Assembly: GCA_963775425.1 (NCBI GenBank)
Contig: CAVZJB010000006.1
Location: forward strand, 99,898 to 163,897
Direction: 5' to 3'
Source: an uncultured delta proteobacterium
Lineage (GTDB): Bacteria > Myxococcota > UBA727 > VGSZ01
DNA length: 64,000 bases
Part shown: positions 8,853 to 17,782 of the stretch, piece by piece
Layout of the letters: the number at the start of each line of letters is the position of its first letter
How positions within the stretch are numbered: the stretch's first letter is position 1
Notes under the pieces: generated by a model
What the model was told of the DNA's origin: nothing
The model's database searches: none
Seen by the model: the letters and a program-made list of their open reading frames with translations, nothing else
Program-made: the position numbers and the translations under genes

Positions 8853-9688
8853 GACGCGCCTCCGACGAGGGACAGCGCCGCGTTGAGGACCATGACGCCA
8901 CACAGGGAGAGCACGCTGCCCGCGTAGACGGCGCGGCCGATGGCGCCGGCGGAGCAATCGGCGCTCCTCTCGACCGAGACGCCCGCGTGGCACGACGACA
9001 GCCCGACGACGGCGCCGAAGAGCGTCATGCGCACGAGGCCGTTGGCGAGGGACGCGGGCTCGAGGTACTCGACGAACGACCACCAGCTCGTGGCGATGGA
9101 TTGGCCGCCGACGAGGTCGGCGACGACGAAGCCGACGGCGAGCACGACGCTGCACGAGGGCACGTACAAGAGCGCGGACGCGGCGACGGTGGCGACCACG
9201 CGCGGCGCGATGAGCACGCGCTCGGGGTCGAGGCCGAGGGCGCGCACGGCGTCGAGGCGCTCGCGGGCGGCCATCATGGCGACCTCGGCCGTGTTGCGGG
9301 CGCCGGTGCGCGCGGCGAGCCCGACGCCGAGGAGGAGCGGGCCGACGTCGCGGTACGACGACAGCGCGGCCGCCCAACCAAAGACCTCGCCGGCGGCGTA
9401 CCGCTTGATGTAGCCGAGGCCCTGCATGGCGACGATGCCGCCGACGGCGGTACAGGCGACGAGCATGAGGGGCAGCGCGTCCCTGAGCAGGCGATCGAGC
9501 TGGCGCAGCGTCTCGCGCCCGTCGACCTTGAGGCGCACCATGCCGTCGACGGTCTGCGCCGCGCGCACGAGGATCGCGCCGAGCTCCTCGATGACGAACA
9601 TCACGCGGAACCCGAGCGCCGTGATCAGCGGCGCGCCCAGCGCCAGGGGCAGCGCGGCCGTCGTCGGAGGGTGCGCACGCCTGATCAC
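8849..9688 (-). CDS. MlaE/YrbE-like ABC permease 1
   Basis: 279 aa (…YRDVGPLLLGVGLAARTGARNTAEVAMMAARERLDAVRALGLDPERVLIAPRV…). The GTG start at 9688 is uncertain. Confidence 0.85.
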   Translation of the reverse strand: MIRRAHPPTTAALPLALGAPLITALGFRVMFVIEELGAILVRAAQTVDGMVRLKVDGRETLRQLDRLLRDALPLMLVACTAVGGIVAMQGLGYIKRYAAGEVFGWAAALSSYRDVGPLLLGVGLAARTGARNTAEVAMMAARERLDAVRALGLDPERVLIAPRVVATVAASALLYVPSCSVVLAVGFVVADLVGGQSIATSWWSFVEYLEPASLANGLVRMTLFGAVVGLSSCHAGVSVERSADCSAGAIGRAVYAGSVLSLCGVMVLNAALSLVGGAS

Positions 9689-9722
9689 GCCGCCCTCCGC
9701 CGTCCGGGGGACACCGGTGCCG

Positions 9723-10421
9723 TCACGGGGAGGCCTCGACGGGGGCGAACGCGGCGGTGCGCGCGTCGGCGGCGAGCGCCGCGGGCGTGCCGAGGAAGAC
9801 CGGCTTTCCCTCCTCGAGGACGAGGGCCTGCGCGCAGCGCGGGAGCACGACGTCGACGTCCTGGGTGGCGATGACGACGCAGCGCTCGCGCTCGCCTTCG
9901 AGGAGGAGCGCGAGCACCTCGGCGGCGGTGTCGGGGTCGAGGCCGGCGGTGGGGTCGTCCGCGAGGAGCAACGCGGGGGCGACCGCGAGCGCGCGCGCGA
10001 TGCCGACGCGCTTCTTCATGCCGCCGGAGAGCTGCCGCGGCAGCTTGTCGGCGTCGGTGCCGAGGCCGACGCGCGCGAGCGCCTCGCGCGCGGCCTCCCG
10101 CTCGGCGACGACGGCGACGTTGCCCAGGGCGGTCTTCGCGTCGTCGAGCGCGTCGCGCTGAAAGACCATCGCCACGCGCCCCGCCGGCGTCGCGAGCGCG
10201 CCCTCGCTCCCGCACAGCCCGGCGAGCGCCGCGAGCAGCAACGACTTGCCGGCGCCCGGCCCGCCGAGGACCGCGAGCGGCGCCCCCGGCTGCACCGTGA
10301 ACGACAGCGGCCCGAGCGCGAGCCCGCCGCGCCCGCGGGCCGACAGCCCGTCGACGACGAGCCGCGCTCCCGCGTCGGCTGCCGCGGTCCCGCGCGCGCC
10401 GTCGTCTGCCTCGCCGGTCAT
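9723..10421 (-). CDS. ABC transporter ATP-binding protein (MlaF-like), degenerate catalytic residues
   Basis: Walker A is GGPGAGKS, the signature is LSGGM, Walker B is LLLADDP (Asp where the catalytic Glu is expected), and IATQD stands where the switch His is expected. The ATG at 10421 overlaps the UbiB stop (ATGA). Confidence 0.85.
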   Translation of the reverse strand: MTGEADDGARGTAAADAGARLVVDGLSARGRGGLALGPLSFTVQPGAPLAVLGGPGAGKSLLLAALAGLCGSEGALATPAGRVAMVFQRDALDDAKTALGNVAVVAEREAAREALARVGLGTDADKLPRQLSGGMKKRVGIARALAVAPALLLADDPTAGLDPDTAAEVLALLLEGERERCVVIATQDVDVVLPRCAQALVLEEGKPVFLGTPAALAADARTAAFAPVEASP

Positions 10422-12199
10422 TGGCCCTCACCGCCGGCGTCGTAGGGCGGGGGCTTGCCCCCCGCGTCGGGCTGGACCAAGCGGCGCCGCCCGCCGGCCG
10501 CGAGGAGGCCCCGCACGGTCAGCTTCGGCAGGCGCCCGCCCGTCAGGTACCAGGCGAAGGCGACGCCGAAGCAGCCGCCGGCGACGACGAAGAGCGCGGC
10601 CGCGATGAGCGGAGCCATCACGAGGGACACGCCGGCGCGGGTGAGGATGTCGAAGCCGCCGAGGATGCAGGCGGCGGCGAGGGCGCCGCCGAAGATGGTC
10701 ATGCCCAGGCCGCGCAGCGCGTTTTGCAACCCGTCGAGGTCGGCGCTCTTGACGACGACCTGCACCTGGCCACGCTCGAGATCCATGAGCGCCTGGCCGA
10801 GCTGCAGCGGCACCTCCTGCACGAGGAGCCCGAGCTGCAGCGCGGTGCGCAGCCCGCCGGCCTTCCACTGCCGCGGGTCCACGCGCTCCATGAGGAGCTC
10901 TTCGGCGCGTCGGGTGAGCACCGGGCCGGGGTCGAAGCCCGGATGCAAGGTGCGCACGATGCCTTCGATGGACACGCTCGCCTTCGACAGGATGGCGAAC
11001 TCGCGGGGCAGGCGGACGCCGAACCTCGTCGACAGCTCGACGAGGTCGGAGAAGACGCCGGCGGTGCTCACCTCGGACACCGTGAGCCCGAGGTAGCGAT
11101 CGAGCAGCCGCGCCACCTGCGTGCGCAGGTGTGCGATCTCGATGCGCTTGTCGCTCTCGCCGATGCGCACGATCAGGCGGGCGAGGGTGTCGGCGTCGCG
11201 CAGCGACAGCGCGAGGAGCACGAGGAGCAGGCGGTCCTGCGTCTCCCGCGACACGCGTCCGACGAGGCCGAAGTCGATGAAGGCGATCTTGCCGTCGTCG
11301 GTGACGAGGAGGTTCCCGGGGTGGGGATCGCCGTGGAACATGCCGTCGATGAACACGTGCTCGAAGGCCACCTCGACGAGGCGCTCGATGATCGTCTCGG
11401 CCTCGGGGGTGCCCTTCAGCTCCGTGATGCGCCGGCCGTGGATGCGCTCCATCACGAGCACCGTCGCCGACGACAGCTCCGGATACGGCCGCGGCACGTG
11501 GACCCCGGTGCGCGTCGCGTTGGCGGTGGCGAACGCGCGCAGGTTCCTCAGCTCGGACGTGAAGTCGAGCTCCACGCGCAGCGCCTCCTGGAACTCGCGC
11601 ACGAAGTCGGCGGTGTGGTACCGGTGCGCCTCTTCGACGACGCGCTCGAGCAACTGTGCGAGCACCACGAGCATCTCGGCGTCGCGCTTGACCTGCTCCT
11701 GGATGCCCGGCCGTTGCACCTTGATGACGATGTCGTCGCCGGAGGGGAGCTTGGCGGCGTGCACCTGCGCCATCGACGCCGACGCCAGCGCGGTCTCGTC
11801 GACGGACGCGAACACCTCGTGCATGGGCCGGCCGAGCGCGCGCTCGACCTGCGCCCGCACGTCGGCGAAGGGAAAGGGCGGCACCTGATCCTGCAGGCGC
11901 GACAAGGCGGTGATGAAGTCGGCGGGGAGGAGGTCGCCGCGCGTGGACAGGATCTGCCCGAGCTTCACGAACGTGGGCCCGAGGTCCTCGAGCATGGTGG
12001 CGAAGCGCTCCGCCGCCGGCCGCTGGTCGACGCCGCGGCCCGTGTCCCGCACGAAGCGGCGCACGAGCGGGATGGTGCGCATGGACGGCGCAAAGCCGTG
12101 CCGCGCCATCACCGCCGCGATCTCGCGGAGCCGCCCGAGCCGCGACGTCGCATGCTCGAGCGCGCGCTCCTGTGCCTCCGGCCGGGGGTCCGCCGCCAT
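10418..12199 (-). CDS. ubiB: UbiB/ABC1 (AarF/ADCK) atypical kinase family protein with C-terminal TM segments
   Basis: 593 aa. ABC1-family features are present (FVKLGQILSTRGDLLP, ASASMAQVHAAKL, HGDPHPGNLLV, IDFG). The C-terminus is hydrophobic. Confidence 0.9.
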   Translation of the reverse strand: MAADPRPEAQERALEHATSRLGRLREIAAVMARHGFAPSMRTIPLVRRFVRDTGRGVDQRPAAERFATMLEDLGPTFVKLGQILSTRGDLLPADFITALSRLQDQVPPFPFADVRAQVERALGRPMHEVFASVDETALASASMAQVHAAKLPSGDDIVIKVQRPGIQEQVKRDAEMLVVLAQLLERVVEEAHRYHTADFVREFQEALRVELDFTSELRNLRAFATANATRTGVHVPRPYPELSSATVLVMERIHGRRITELKGTPEAETIIERLVEVAFEHVFIDGMFHGDPHPGNLLVTDDGKIAFIDFGLVGRVSRETQDRLLLVLLALSLRDADTLARLIVRIGESDKRIEIAHLRTQVARLLDRYLGLTVSEVSTAGVFSDLVELSTRFGVRLPREFAILSKASVSIEGIVRTLHPGFDPGPVLTRRAEELLMERVDPRQWKAGGLRTALQLGLLVQEVPLQLGQALMDLERGQVQVVVKSADLDGLQNALRGLGMTIFGGALAAACILGGFDILTRAGVSLVMAPLIAAALFVVAGGCFGVAFAWYLTGGRLPKLTVRGLLAAGGRRRLVQPDAGGKPPPYDAGGEGQ

Positions 12200-12255
12200 G
12201 AGCCCGCACGATCGCAGCCCCCATCATCGCAAGCCAGAAAACGGCGCGAGGGCAC

Positions 12256-12407
12256 GGCGGAGCTGCCGCCGAAGCCGGCGCGCGGGCCCGAGCTGGCAAC
12301 GCCGTCGAGCCAAAAAAAGCGCGGCGGAGCTGCCGCCGAAGCCGGCGCGCACGTGAGCTCACGTTGGCGAGCCCGGGGAGCGCGCCGGCTTCGAAGGCAG
12401 CTCCGCC
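12256..12407. repeat. intergenic structured repeat: three copies of a 28-nt unit (two direct, one inverted) around a 14-bp perfect palindrome
   Basis: GGCGGAGCTGCCGCCGAAGCCGGCGCGC occurs at 12256-12283 and 12323-12350. Its reverse complement, with 2 mismatches, is at 12380-12407. ACGTGAGCTCACGT lies at 12351-12364 between the inverted copies. An A7 run sits at 12312-12318. Confidence 0.85.
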
Positions 12408-12476
12408 GCTCCGGGCGCCCGGAGGGCGCGGCTGTTCGCGAGCGTGAGCGAGCAAAAACCGCTACGATCCTCGCGC

Positions 12477-13109
12477 ATGAGCGGGCGCACCTACATCGCC
12501 ATCGCGGGGAACATCGGCGCCGGCAAGTCCACGCTCGTCGAGTTCCTCTGCCGCACCTACGGCGTTCCGCCGTTCTTCGAGCCCAACGAGGACAACCCCT
12601 ACCTCGCCGACTTCTACGAGGACATGAAGGGGTGGGCGTTCCACTCGCAGGTCTTCTTCCTCACGCACAAGTTCCGCATCCACCAGGAGCTCGACAAGAC
12701 GCCGGGCATCGTGGTGCAGGACCGGACGATCTACGAGGACGCCGAGGTCTTCGCGCACGCGCTGCACAGGAGCGGCAAGCTCACCGAGCGCGACTGGAAG
12801 ACGTACTGCGAGCTGTACGAGACCATCTGCAACGCCATCCAGCCGCCGGACCTGATGGTGTATTTGAAGTGCTCGCTCAAGACCACCAAGCAGCGCATCA
12901 AGCTGCGCGGGCGCGACATGGAGCAGAGCATCCCCACGTCGTACTTGAAGCTCCTTCAGGAGAGCTACGACGCGTGGTTCGCGCGCTGGAAGAAGAGCGA
13001 GGTCCTCGAGATCGACACCGACAAGCTCGACTACGTGAGCGACCTCGTCGATCGCCTCGACGTCCTCGCGCGCCTCGAGCGCTACCTGCCCCGCACCCGC
13101 GCGGCCTGA
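12477..13109 (+). CDS. deoxynucleoside kinase
   Basis: It has the P-loop GNIGAGKST and dNK-family blocks (FFEPNEDNPYLADFY, FHSQVFFL, DRTIYED). The start is ATG 12477; an alternative GTG is at 12444. Confidence 0.85.
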   Translation: MSGRTYIAIAGNIGAGKSTLVEFLCRTYGVPPFFEPNEDNPYLADFYEDMKGWAFHSQVFFLTHKFRIHQELDKTPGIVVQDRTIYEDAEVFAHALHRSGKLTERDWKTYCELYETICNAIQPPDLMVYLKCSLKTTKQRIKLRGRDMEQSIPTSYLKLLQESYDAWFARWKKSEVLEIDTDKLDYVSDLVDRLDVLARLERYLPRTRAA

Positions 13110-13269
13110 ACGAACGCTGCGCGCTCCGTCGCTGCGCGCTCCTACATCGGCGCCGTGGGCGTTGGCGCCGCGGTTGTGTGCGCTCACCCTGAGCGAACGC
13201 GCTGCCACGCCGCCCTCCCGTCGGCCCAGGTCGAGGCGCGAGCGGCATGAGCCGTGCATCAGACGGCGC

Positions 13270-13644
13270 ATGCTCCACCGATTCATCGACGACATCCACA
13301 CCGTCTCCGACATGCTCGACGCGACCGCGCCGCGCGAGACCGCGGCGGTGCTGCGCGCGAGCCTCGATGAGCTCGCCGCCGACGTCGCCCACGCGCGCGC
13401 CGCCGGCCCCCTCGACGCGCACATCGTCGACGCGGCCGTGCTCTTCGACGCGGTCCAGGACGTGCGCCGCCTCGCGGGCGTCCTCGATCCCGACCTGCGA
13501 GCGGTGGCCGAGCGCGTCGACCGCCTGCTCAAGGACATCACCGCCGCCGTCGCCGACGACCTCAGCGCGGCCGCCCTCGATGACGCGACCGGCGAGACTC
13601 CGGCCGCGGCGCCGCCGGCTTTTGAGCCCCGCGCGTCTTCTTGA
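13270..13644 (+). CDS. hypothetical acidic helical protein
   Basis: 124 aa (MLHRFIDDIHTVSDMLDATAPRET...) with G/C-rich third positions. Its 3' end overlaps the convergent RluA-family gene by about 83 nt, which lowers confidence in one of the two ends. Confidence 0.4.
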   Translation: MLHRFIDDIHTVSDMLDATAPRETAAVLRASLDELAADVAHARAAGPLDAHIVDAAVLFDAVQDVRRLAGVLDPDLRAVAERVDRLLKDITAAVADDLSAAALDDATGETPAAAPPAFEPRASS

Positions 13645-14440
13645 CGGCCCCCGCCGCCTTGCCCGGCCCCGCGCGCGGCGCGGCGCGTGTGTCGCTGCGC
13701 TTGAACTTCTCCACGAGCGCCGCGATGGGCGCGGCGTCGATGCCGCGCTCGGCGAGCGCGCGCGAAAACGCCTGGGGCACCGGCGCCGTCACGAACGCGC
13801 GGCCGCCCTGCGGCAAAGGGAACGAGAGGCAGAGCGCGAGGAGGCCGATGCCGGCGGCGTCGGGCCAGCGGGTGGTGGCGCCGTAGGCGACGTCGCCGGC
13901 GATGGGGTGGCCGACGTGCGCGAGGTGGCAGCGGATCTGGTGCATGCGCCCGGTCTCCGGCCGGCACTCGAGCAGCGCGCCCCCGGCTTCGCCCGCGGCA
14001 CGCGCGAGGACGCGGACGCGGGTGAGCGCTCGCACGCCCTGTTCGTCGACGGTCTGGTGCGCGAGCGGCCCCTTCCTGGCGCCGGGGTCGTCGATGCGCG
14101 ACAGGCGCGCGTCGATGTCGAGCTTGTCCCACGGGGGCGACCCCTCGACGAGCGCGAGGTAGCGCTTGTCGACGAGGTGCCGGCGGAACGCCTCCGACAA
14201 CGCCTGCTGCCCGAACGGCGTCTTGGCCACGACGCAGACGCCGCTGGTGACACGATCGAGGCGGTGAACGGGGCGCGCGGCCGGGGACCGCTCCTGCGCG
14301 ACGTCGAGGAGCGTCGGCCGCGGCACGCCACGCCCGGCGACCACCGTCATGCCCGCGGGCTTCACGAACACCGCGTGGTGCGGCCCTTCGTCCACCAGCG
14401 TCGCGCTCGATTTGCGACTGGAGGGAGCGGCCGCGTTCAA
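13562..14440 (-). CDS. RluA-family pseudouridine synthase with a basic C-terminal tail
   Basis: It has the catalytic motif HRLDRVTSG and the KRYLALVEG and HQIRCHLAHVGHPIAGD blocks. The start is uncertain. A TTG at 14440 overlaps the upstream stop (TTGA); in-frame GTG codons (TLVDEG at 14398, AVFVKPAG at 14371) are the nearest alternatives. Confidence 0.8.
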   Translation of the reverse strand: MNAAAPSSRKSSATLVDEGPHHAVFVKPAGMTVVAGRGVPRPTLLDVAQERSPAARPVHRLDRVTSGVCVVAKTPFGQQALSEAFRRHLVDKRYLALVEGSPPWDKLDIDARLSRIDDPGARKGPLAHQTVDEQGVRALTRVRVLARAAGEAGGALLECRPETGRMHQIRCHLAHVGHPIAGDVAYGATTRWPDAAGIGLLALCLSFPLPQGGRAFVTAPVPQAFSRALAERGIDAAPIAALVEKFKRSDTRAAPRAGPGKAAGAVKKTRGAQKPAAPRPESRRSRHRGRPR

Positions 14441-15900
14441 TTGAGCGACAGGATGAGCGGGATGCGCGCGTCGGTCGGTGGCCCCGGGAACGGCGCGAAC
14501 TTCCACTTCTTCGCGGCGCGCACGATGCACTCGCCGCCGGGCGACGCCTGGGTGAGCGCGTCCTCGAAGCGCGCGCCGGAGACCCTGCCGTTCGGCTCCA
14601 CGCCGACGACGAGGTACTTCTTGCCGTGCGGCACGCTGCCGCTCTTGGCCGCCTTCTCGATGCAGTCCTGGATGGCGGGCTGGTTCTGCTTCACCACCGC
14701 GGCGACGTTCTCCGGATCGAGATCGCTGCCGTCGATGAGCGTCTTTGTGGCCGCGGGCGCGTGCAGCGTGACCGCCGCCGCGTGCTTCTCGTCGTGCTGG
14801 AGCAACGCGAGCGAGGCGCGCTCCTTGGCGGAGATGTCCGCGGCGAGGCCGCCGCCGACGTCCGCGTGCGCGACGCCGCCGCTGCCGCTGCCGCCGCCGG
14901 TGTTGAACGCGCCGCTGAGATCGGAGGCGCTCACGCCGCCGGCGGCGCGGGCGCGGTGGCGGGCGGCGTTTTGCGCGCGCACCTTCTTTTCGCACAGCGC
15001 CGGGTCCGGCATCAGCTTGCACTTGAGCTTGGGATCCTCGTCGCCGCTGTCCCAGGCGACTTGCTCGGGCGGCTTGAAGTCGTCGTGCTTCTGGGCGACG
15101 ACGGCGATGGCGCTGTGCAGGCCGGGGATCTCGATGACCTCGTTGTAGTCGAGGAAGCAGACGCCGGCCAGGAGCAGGAGGCCGCCGACGGCGACGCCGG
15201 CGTACATGCGCTGCTTCTTGGCGCGGTTTTGCAGACCCGCCTGCATGATGAACACGCGGGTGCTGTCGCGCGGCGGCTGATCGCCGAAGCCGGGGTTGCT
15301 CACGGCGGCGAAGGGATCGTTGACGGGGATGCCCGTCGCGGACTCGCGCGCGCGCTTGGCCTCGTCGAACGGAATGATCTCCGCGCCGGCCTGGCCCTCC
15401 TCCGACGGCGGTGGCGGCGGCGGCCGCTTGGGCGGCGGCGCCGGCCGCGCCTCCTCGAGCAGGAACGAGAACTGCGGGACCTCGCGCAGGCGCGTCCACG
15501 CCGACATGGTCTCGTTCCACAGATAGGTGCGCTCGGTGATCCGTCCCTCGCGGTACAGGCGCGTCACGTCGTCGCGCTTGGCGGGGCCGTGCTGCTTGCC
15601 CTTGATGGCCACGTACCAGTCGACGTCGGCGCCGCGGGGCGGCGGTCGCCGCGCGGGCGGCGGGGACGGTGACGTCGTTCGGCGATTGGACGGAGCAGCC
15701 GTGCTTGATCGCGGCGCCGCGGCGGCGGGGGCGCCGCCGGCAGACTGCGCCACCGCCTGGTGGGAGCCCGACAACGCGCCCGGCTCGCGCACGACGAGGA
15801 TGTTGCCGCAGGTCTTGCAGCGGATCTTCAAGACCTTGCCGCGCACCTTCTCGTCGCCGATCGAATACCGCGTCTGGCAGCGGTCACAGCTGAACTTCAC
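14437..15900 (-). CDS. zinc-ribbon (MJ0042-type) / GYF-domain / TM protein with an AgmX/PglI-like C-terminal domain
   Basis: The N-terminus is MKFSCDRCQTRYSIGDEKVRGKVLKIRCKTCGNIL. A GYF-like segment follows (WYVAIKGKQHGPAKRDDVTRLYREGRITERTYLWNETMSAWTRL). There is one TM helix (YAGVAVGGLLLLAGVCF). The C-terminal ~100 aa look TonB-C/AgmX-like. Confidence 0.8.
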   Translation of the reverse strand: MKFSCDRCQTRYSIGDEKVRGKVLKIRCKTCGNILVVREPGALSGSHQAVAQSAGGAPAAAAPRSSTAAPSNRRTTSPSPPPARRPPPRGADVDWYVAIKGKQHGPAKRDDVTRLYREGRITERTYLWNETMSAWTRLREVPQFSFLLEEARPAPPPKRPPPPPPSEEGQAGAEIIPFDEAKRARESATGIPVNDPFAAVSNPGFGDQPPRDSTRVFIMQAGLQNRAKKQRMYAGVAVGGLLLLAGVCFLDYNEVIEIPGLHSAIAVVAQKHDDFKPPEQVAWDSGDEDPKLKCKLMPDPALCEKKVRAQNAARHRARAAGGVSASDLSGAFNTGGGSGSGGVAHADVGGGLAADISAKERASLALLQHDEKHAAAVTLHAPAATKTLIDGSDLDPENVAAVVKQNQPAIQDCIEKAAKSGSVPHGKKYLVVGVEPNGRVSGARFEDALTQASPGGECIVRAAKKWKFAPFPGPPTDARIPLILSLN

Positions 15901-15973
15901 GTAGTCACCCGGGGTCGGCCGAGGATAGCAACGCGCGGTTGTCTTCGTCGATCTCCCACCTTATCTGGCCCCC

Positions 15974-17071
15974 ATGATTCGGCGAGTGGGAATCCTCACA
16001 GGCGGTGGCGACTGCCCTGGCTTGAACGCAGTGATCCGCGCCGTCGTCACGCGTGCGGAGCAGGTCGGGGTCGAGATCCTCGGGATCCGCGGCGGCTGGC
16101 GCGGCTTCCTCGAGAACGACACCGAGGTCCTCACGCGCATGCGCACGCGCGGCATCCTCCACGAGGGCGGCACCATCCTCGGGACCACCCGGGCCAACCC
16201 GTTCCAGGTCAAGGGCGGCCCCGAGCGCGTCGACGCGGCCTTCCGCGCCTGGCGCCTCGACGGTCTGATCGCGGTCGGCGGGGAGGGGACACTGACGCTT
16301 GCCACGCGGTTCCACGAGCGCGGCCTTCGCGTGGTGGGCGTCCCCAAGACCATCGACAACGATCTCGACGGAACCGAGGTCACGTTCGGCTTCGACACCG
16401 CCGTCTCCGTCGCCACGGATCTCATCGATCGGCTGCGCACCACCGCGGAGGCGCATGAGCGCGTGATGGTCGTCGAGGTCATGGGCCGAAACGCCGGCTG
16501 GATCGCCGTGCACGCCGGCCTCGCCGGCGGCGCCGACGTCATCGTCGTGCCGGAGCGCCCGGCCACCATCGACGACATCGTCCAGGTGGTGCTGACGCGC
16601 CGCGCCGAGGGCAAGCACTTCTCGCTCGTCGTCATCGCCGAGGGGGCGCTGATCCAGGAGAAGGAGGGGGTGTCACCGCACCTCGTCCTCGCCAACAACG
16701 AGCCCGACGCGTTCGGGCGCCCCCGCCTCGGCGGCGTCGCCAACTACGTCGCGCGGTGCGTCGAGGACGCCACGGGCATCGAGACGCGCGTGACCGTCCT
16801 CGGCCATGTCCAGCGCGGCGGCATCCCCACCGCGCGCGACCGCGTGCTCGCGCTGCGCTACGGCGTGCGCGCCATGGACGTCATCGCGGAAGGCCAAAGC
16901 GGCGTGATGGTGTCCTTGCGCGCCGACCAGATCGTGGTGGTGCCGCTGTCGGAGGCCACCAAGCAGCGCAAGCTCGTCGACGACGCGTGGCTCGCCCTCG
17001 CGGACGTCTTCACCGACGTCAAGTACGCCCGCGGAAAGAGCGAGGGCCCCCGCGCCGCCACGGCGGAGTGA
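15974..17071 (+). CDS. pfkA: 6-phosphofructokinase
   Basis: It begins MIRRVGILTGGGDCPGLNAVIRAVV and contains GGEGTL and PKTIDNDL. The phosphoryl-donor determinants are mixed: Gly at the 104-equivalent position and Lys at the 124-equivalent position. Confidence 0.92.
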   Translation: MIRRVGILTGGGDCPGLNAVIRAVVTRAEQVGVEILGIRGGWRGFLENDTEVLTRMRTRGILHEGGTILGTTRANPFQVKGGPERVDAAFRAWRLDGLIAVGGEGTLTLATRFHERGLRVVGVPKTIDNDLDGTEVTFGFDTAVSVATDLIDRLRTTAEAHERVMVVEVMGRNAGWIAVHAGLAGGADVIVVPERPATIDDIVQVVLTRRAEGKHFSLVVIAEGALIQEKEGVSPHLVLANNEPDAFGRPRLGGVANYVARCVEDATGIETRVTVLGHVQRGGIPTARDRVLALRYGVRAMDVIAEGQSGVMVSLRADQIVVVPLSEATKQRKLVDDAWLALADVFTDVKYARGKSEGPRAATAE

Positions 17072-17077
17072 CGGCGC

Positions 17078-17734
17078 TCAGCCCTCGAGGACGCGCGCCG
17101 CGAGCCCGTCGAGGTGATCGCCGGGCGACATGACGAACTCGCAGCGGGCGTCGCCGCGCGCGAGGCAGCGGATTTCGCGCGCGTGCAGGTCGAGGTCGAA
17201 CGCCTCGGAGCACCAACCCGCCGAGTACCCCGCGGAGAACAGGCACGCGGGCTCCGTGACGGTGCGCCCGTTGGCCGCGAGCACCTCCGACTCGAAGGTG
17301 TTCGGGTGGACGTAGTGCAAGCAGTAGCTGTCGTCGGGCGTGGGGGCGCTGTCGGGGAGGATGTCCACGAAGGCCCAACCCGCGTGCGCGAAGTGCACCG
17401 GCCCCGCCGCCAGCCGCGCGACGCCGTCGGTGACGCCGAGGCGGGCGGAGAACACGCCGCAGTCGGCGCGCCCAATCTCGCGGGCGGTGTTGTACAGGAG
17501 CTCGCGAGCCGCCTCCTTGCCGAAGCTCTGCTCGAGGGCGTGCGACCAGGCGAGGTAGAAGCTCTCGGCCCGCATCAGCACATAGCGGTCCTCGCCGACG
17601 TGGATGGTGCCCTCCTCGGGGTTGCGCCGAAAGCGCGAGAACAGGCTCTCGACAAAGCCCTCCGCGACGGCGAACGACGGCTCGAACCGCTCCGGCACGC
17701 GGACGCTCTTGAGCATCGTGTCCTCCTGCTTCAC
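17078..17734 (-). CDS. stand-alone XylR_N + V4R (4-vinyl reductase) sensor-domain protein
   Basis: 218 aa. The C-terminal V4R-like Cys pattern is ACLFSAGYSAGWCSEAF...REIRCLARGDARCEFVMSP. The N-terminal half resembles the A-domain of XylR/DmpR activators. Confidence 0.7.
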   Translation of the reverse strand: MKQEDTMLKSVRVPERFEPSFAVAEGFVESLFSRFRRNPEEGTIHVGEDRYVLMRAESFYLAWSHALEQSFGKEAARELLYNTAREIGRADCGVFSARLGVTDGVARLAAGPVHFAHAGWAFVDILPDSAPTPDDSYCLHYVHPNTFESEVLAANGRTVTEPACLFSAGYSAGWCSEAFDLDLHAREIRCLARGDARCEFVMSPGDHLDGLAARVLEG

Positions 17735-17782
17735 TTCAGAAGATATCGTCGTCGTCGGAGCTGCGGAAGCGGGCGACCCGCG

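Noticed and set aside
10421-13192. A 923-aa plus-strand ORF and a 675-aa minus-strand ORF (10428..12455) across the ubiB region
   Set aside because: They are antisense or off-frame to the UbiB gene, which has clear ABC1 motifs. Their composition is low-complexity Arg/Ala/Glu.
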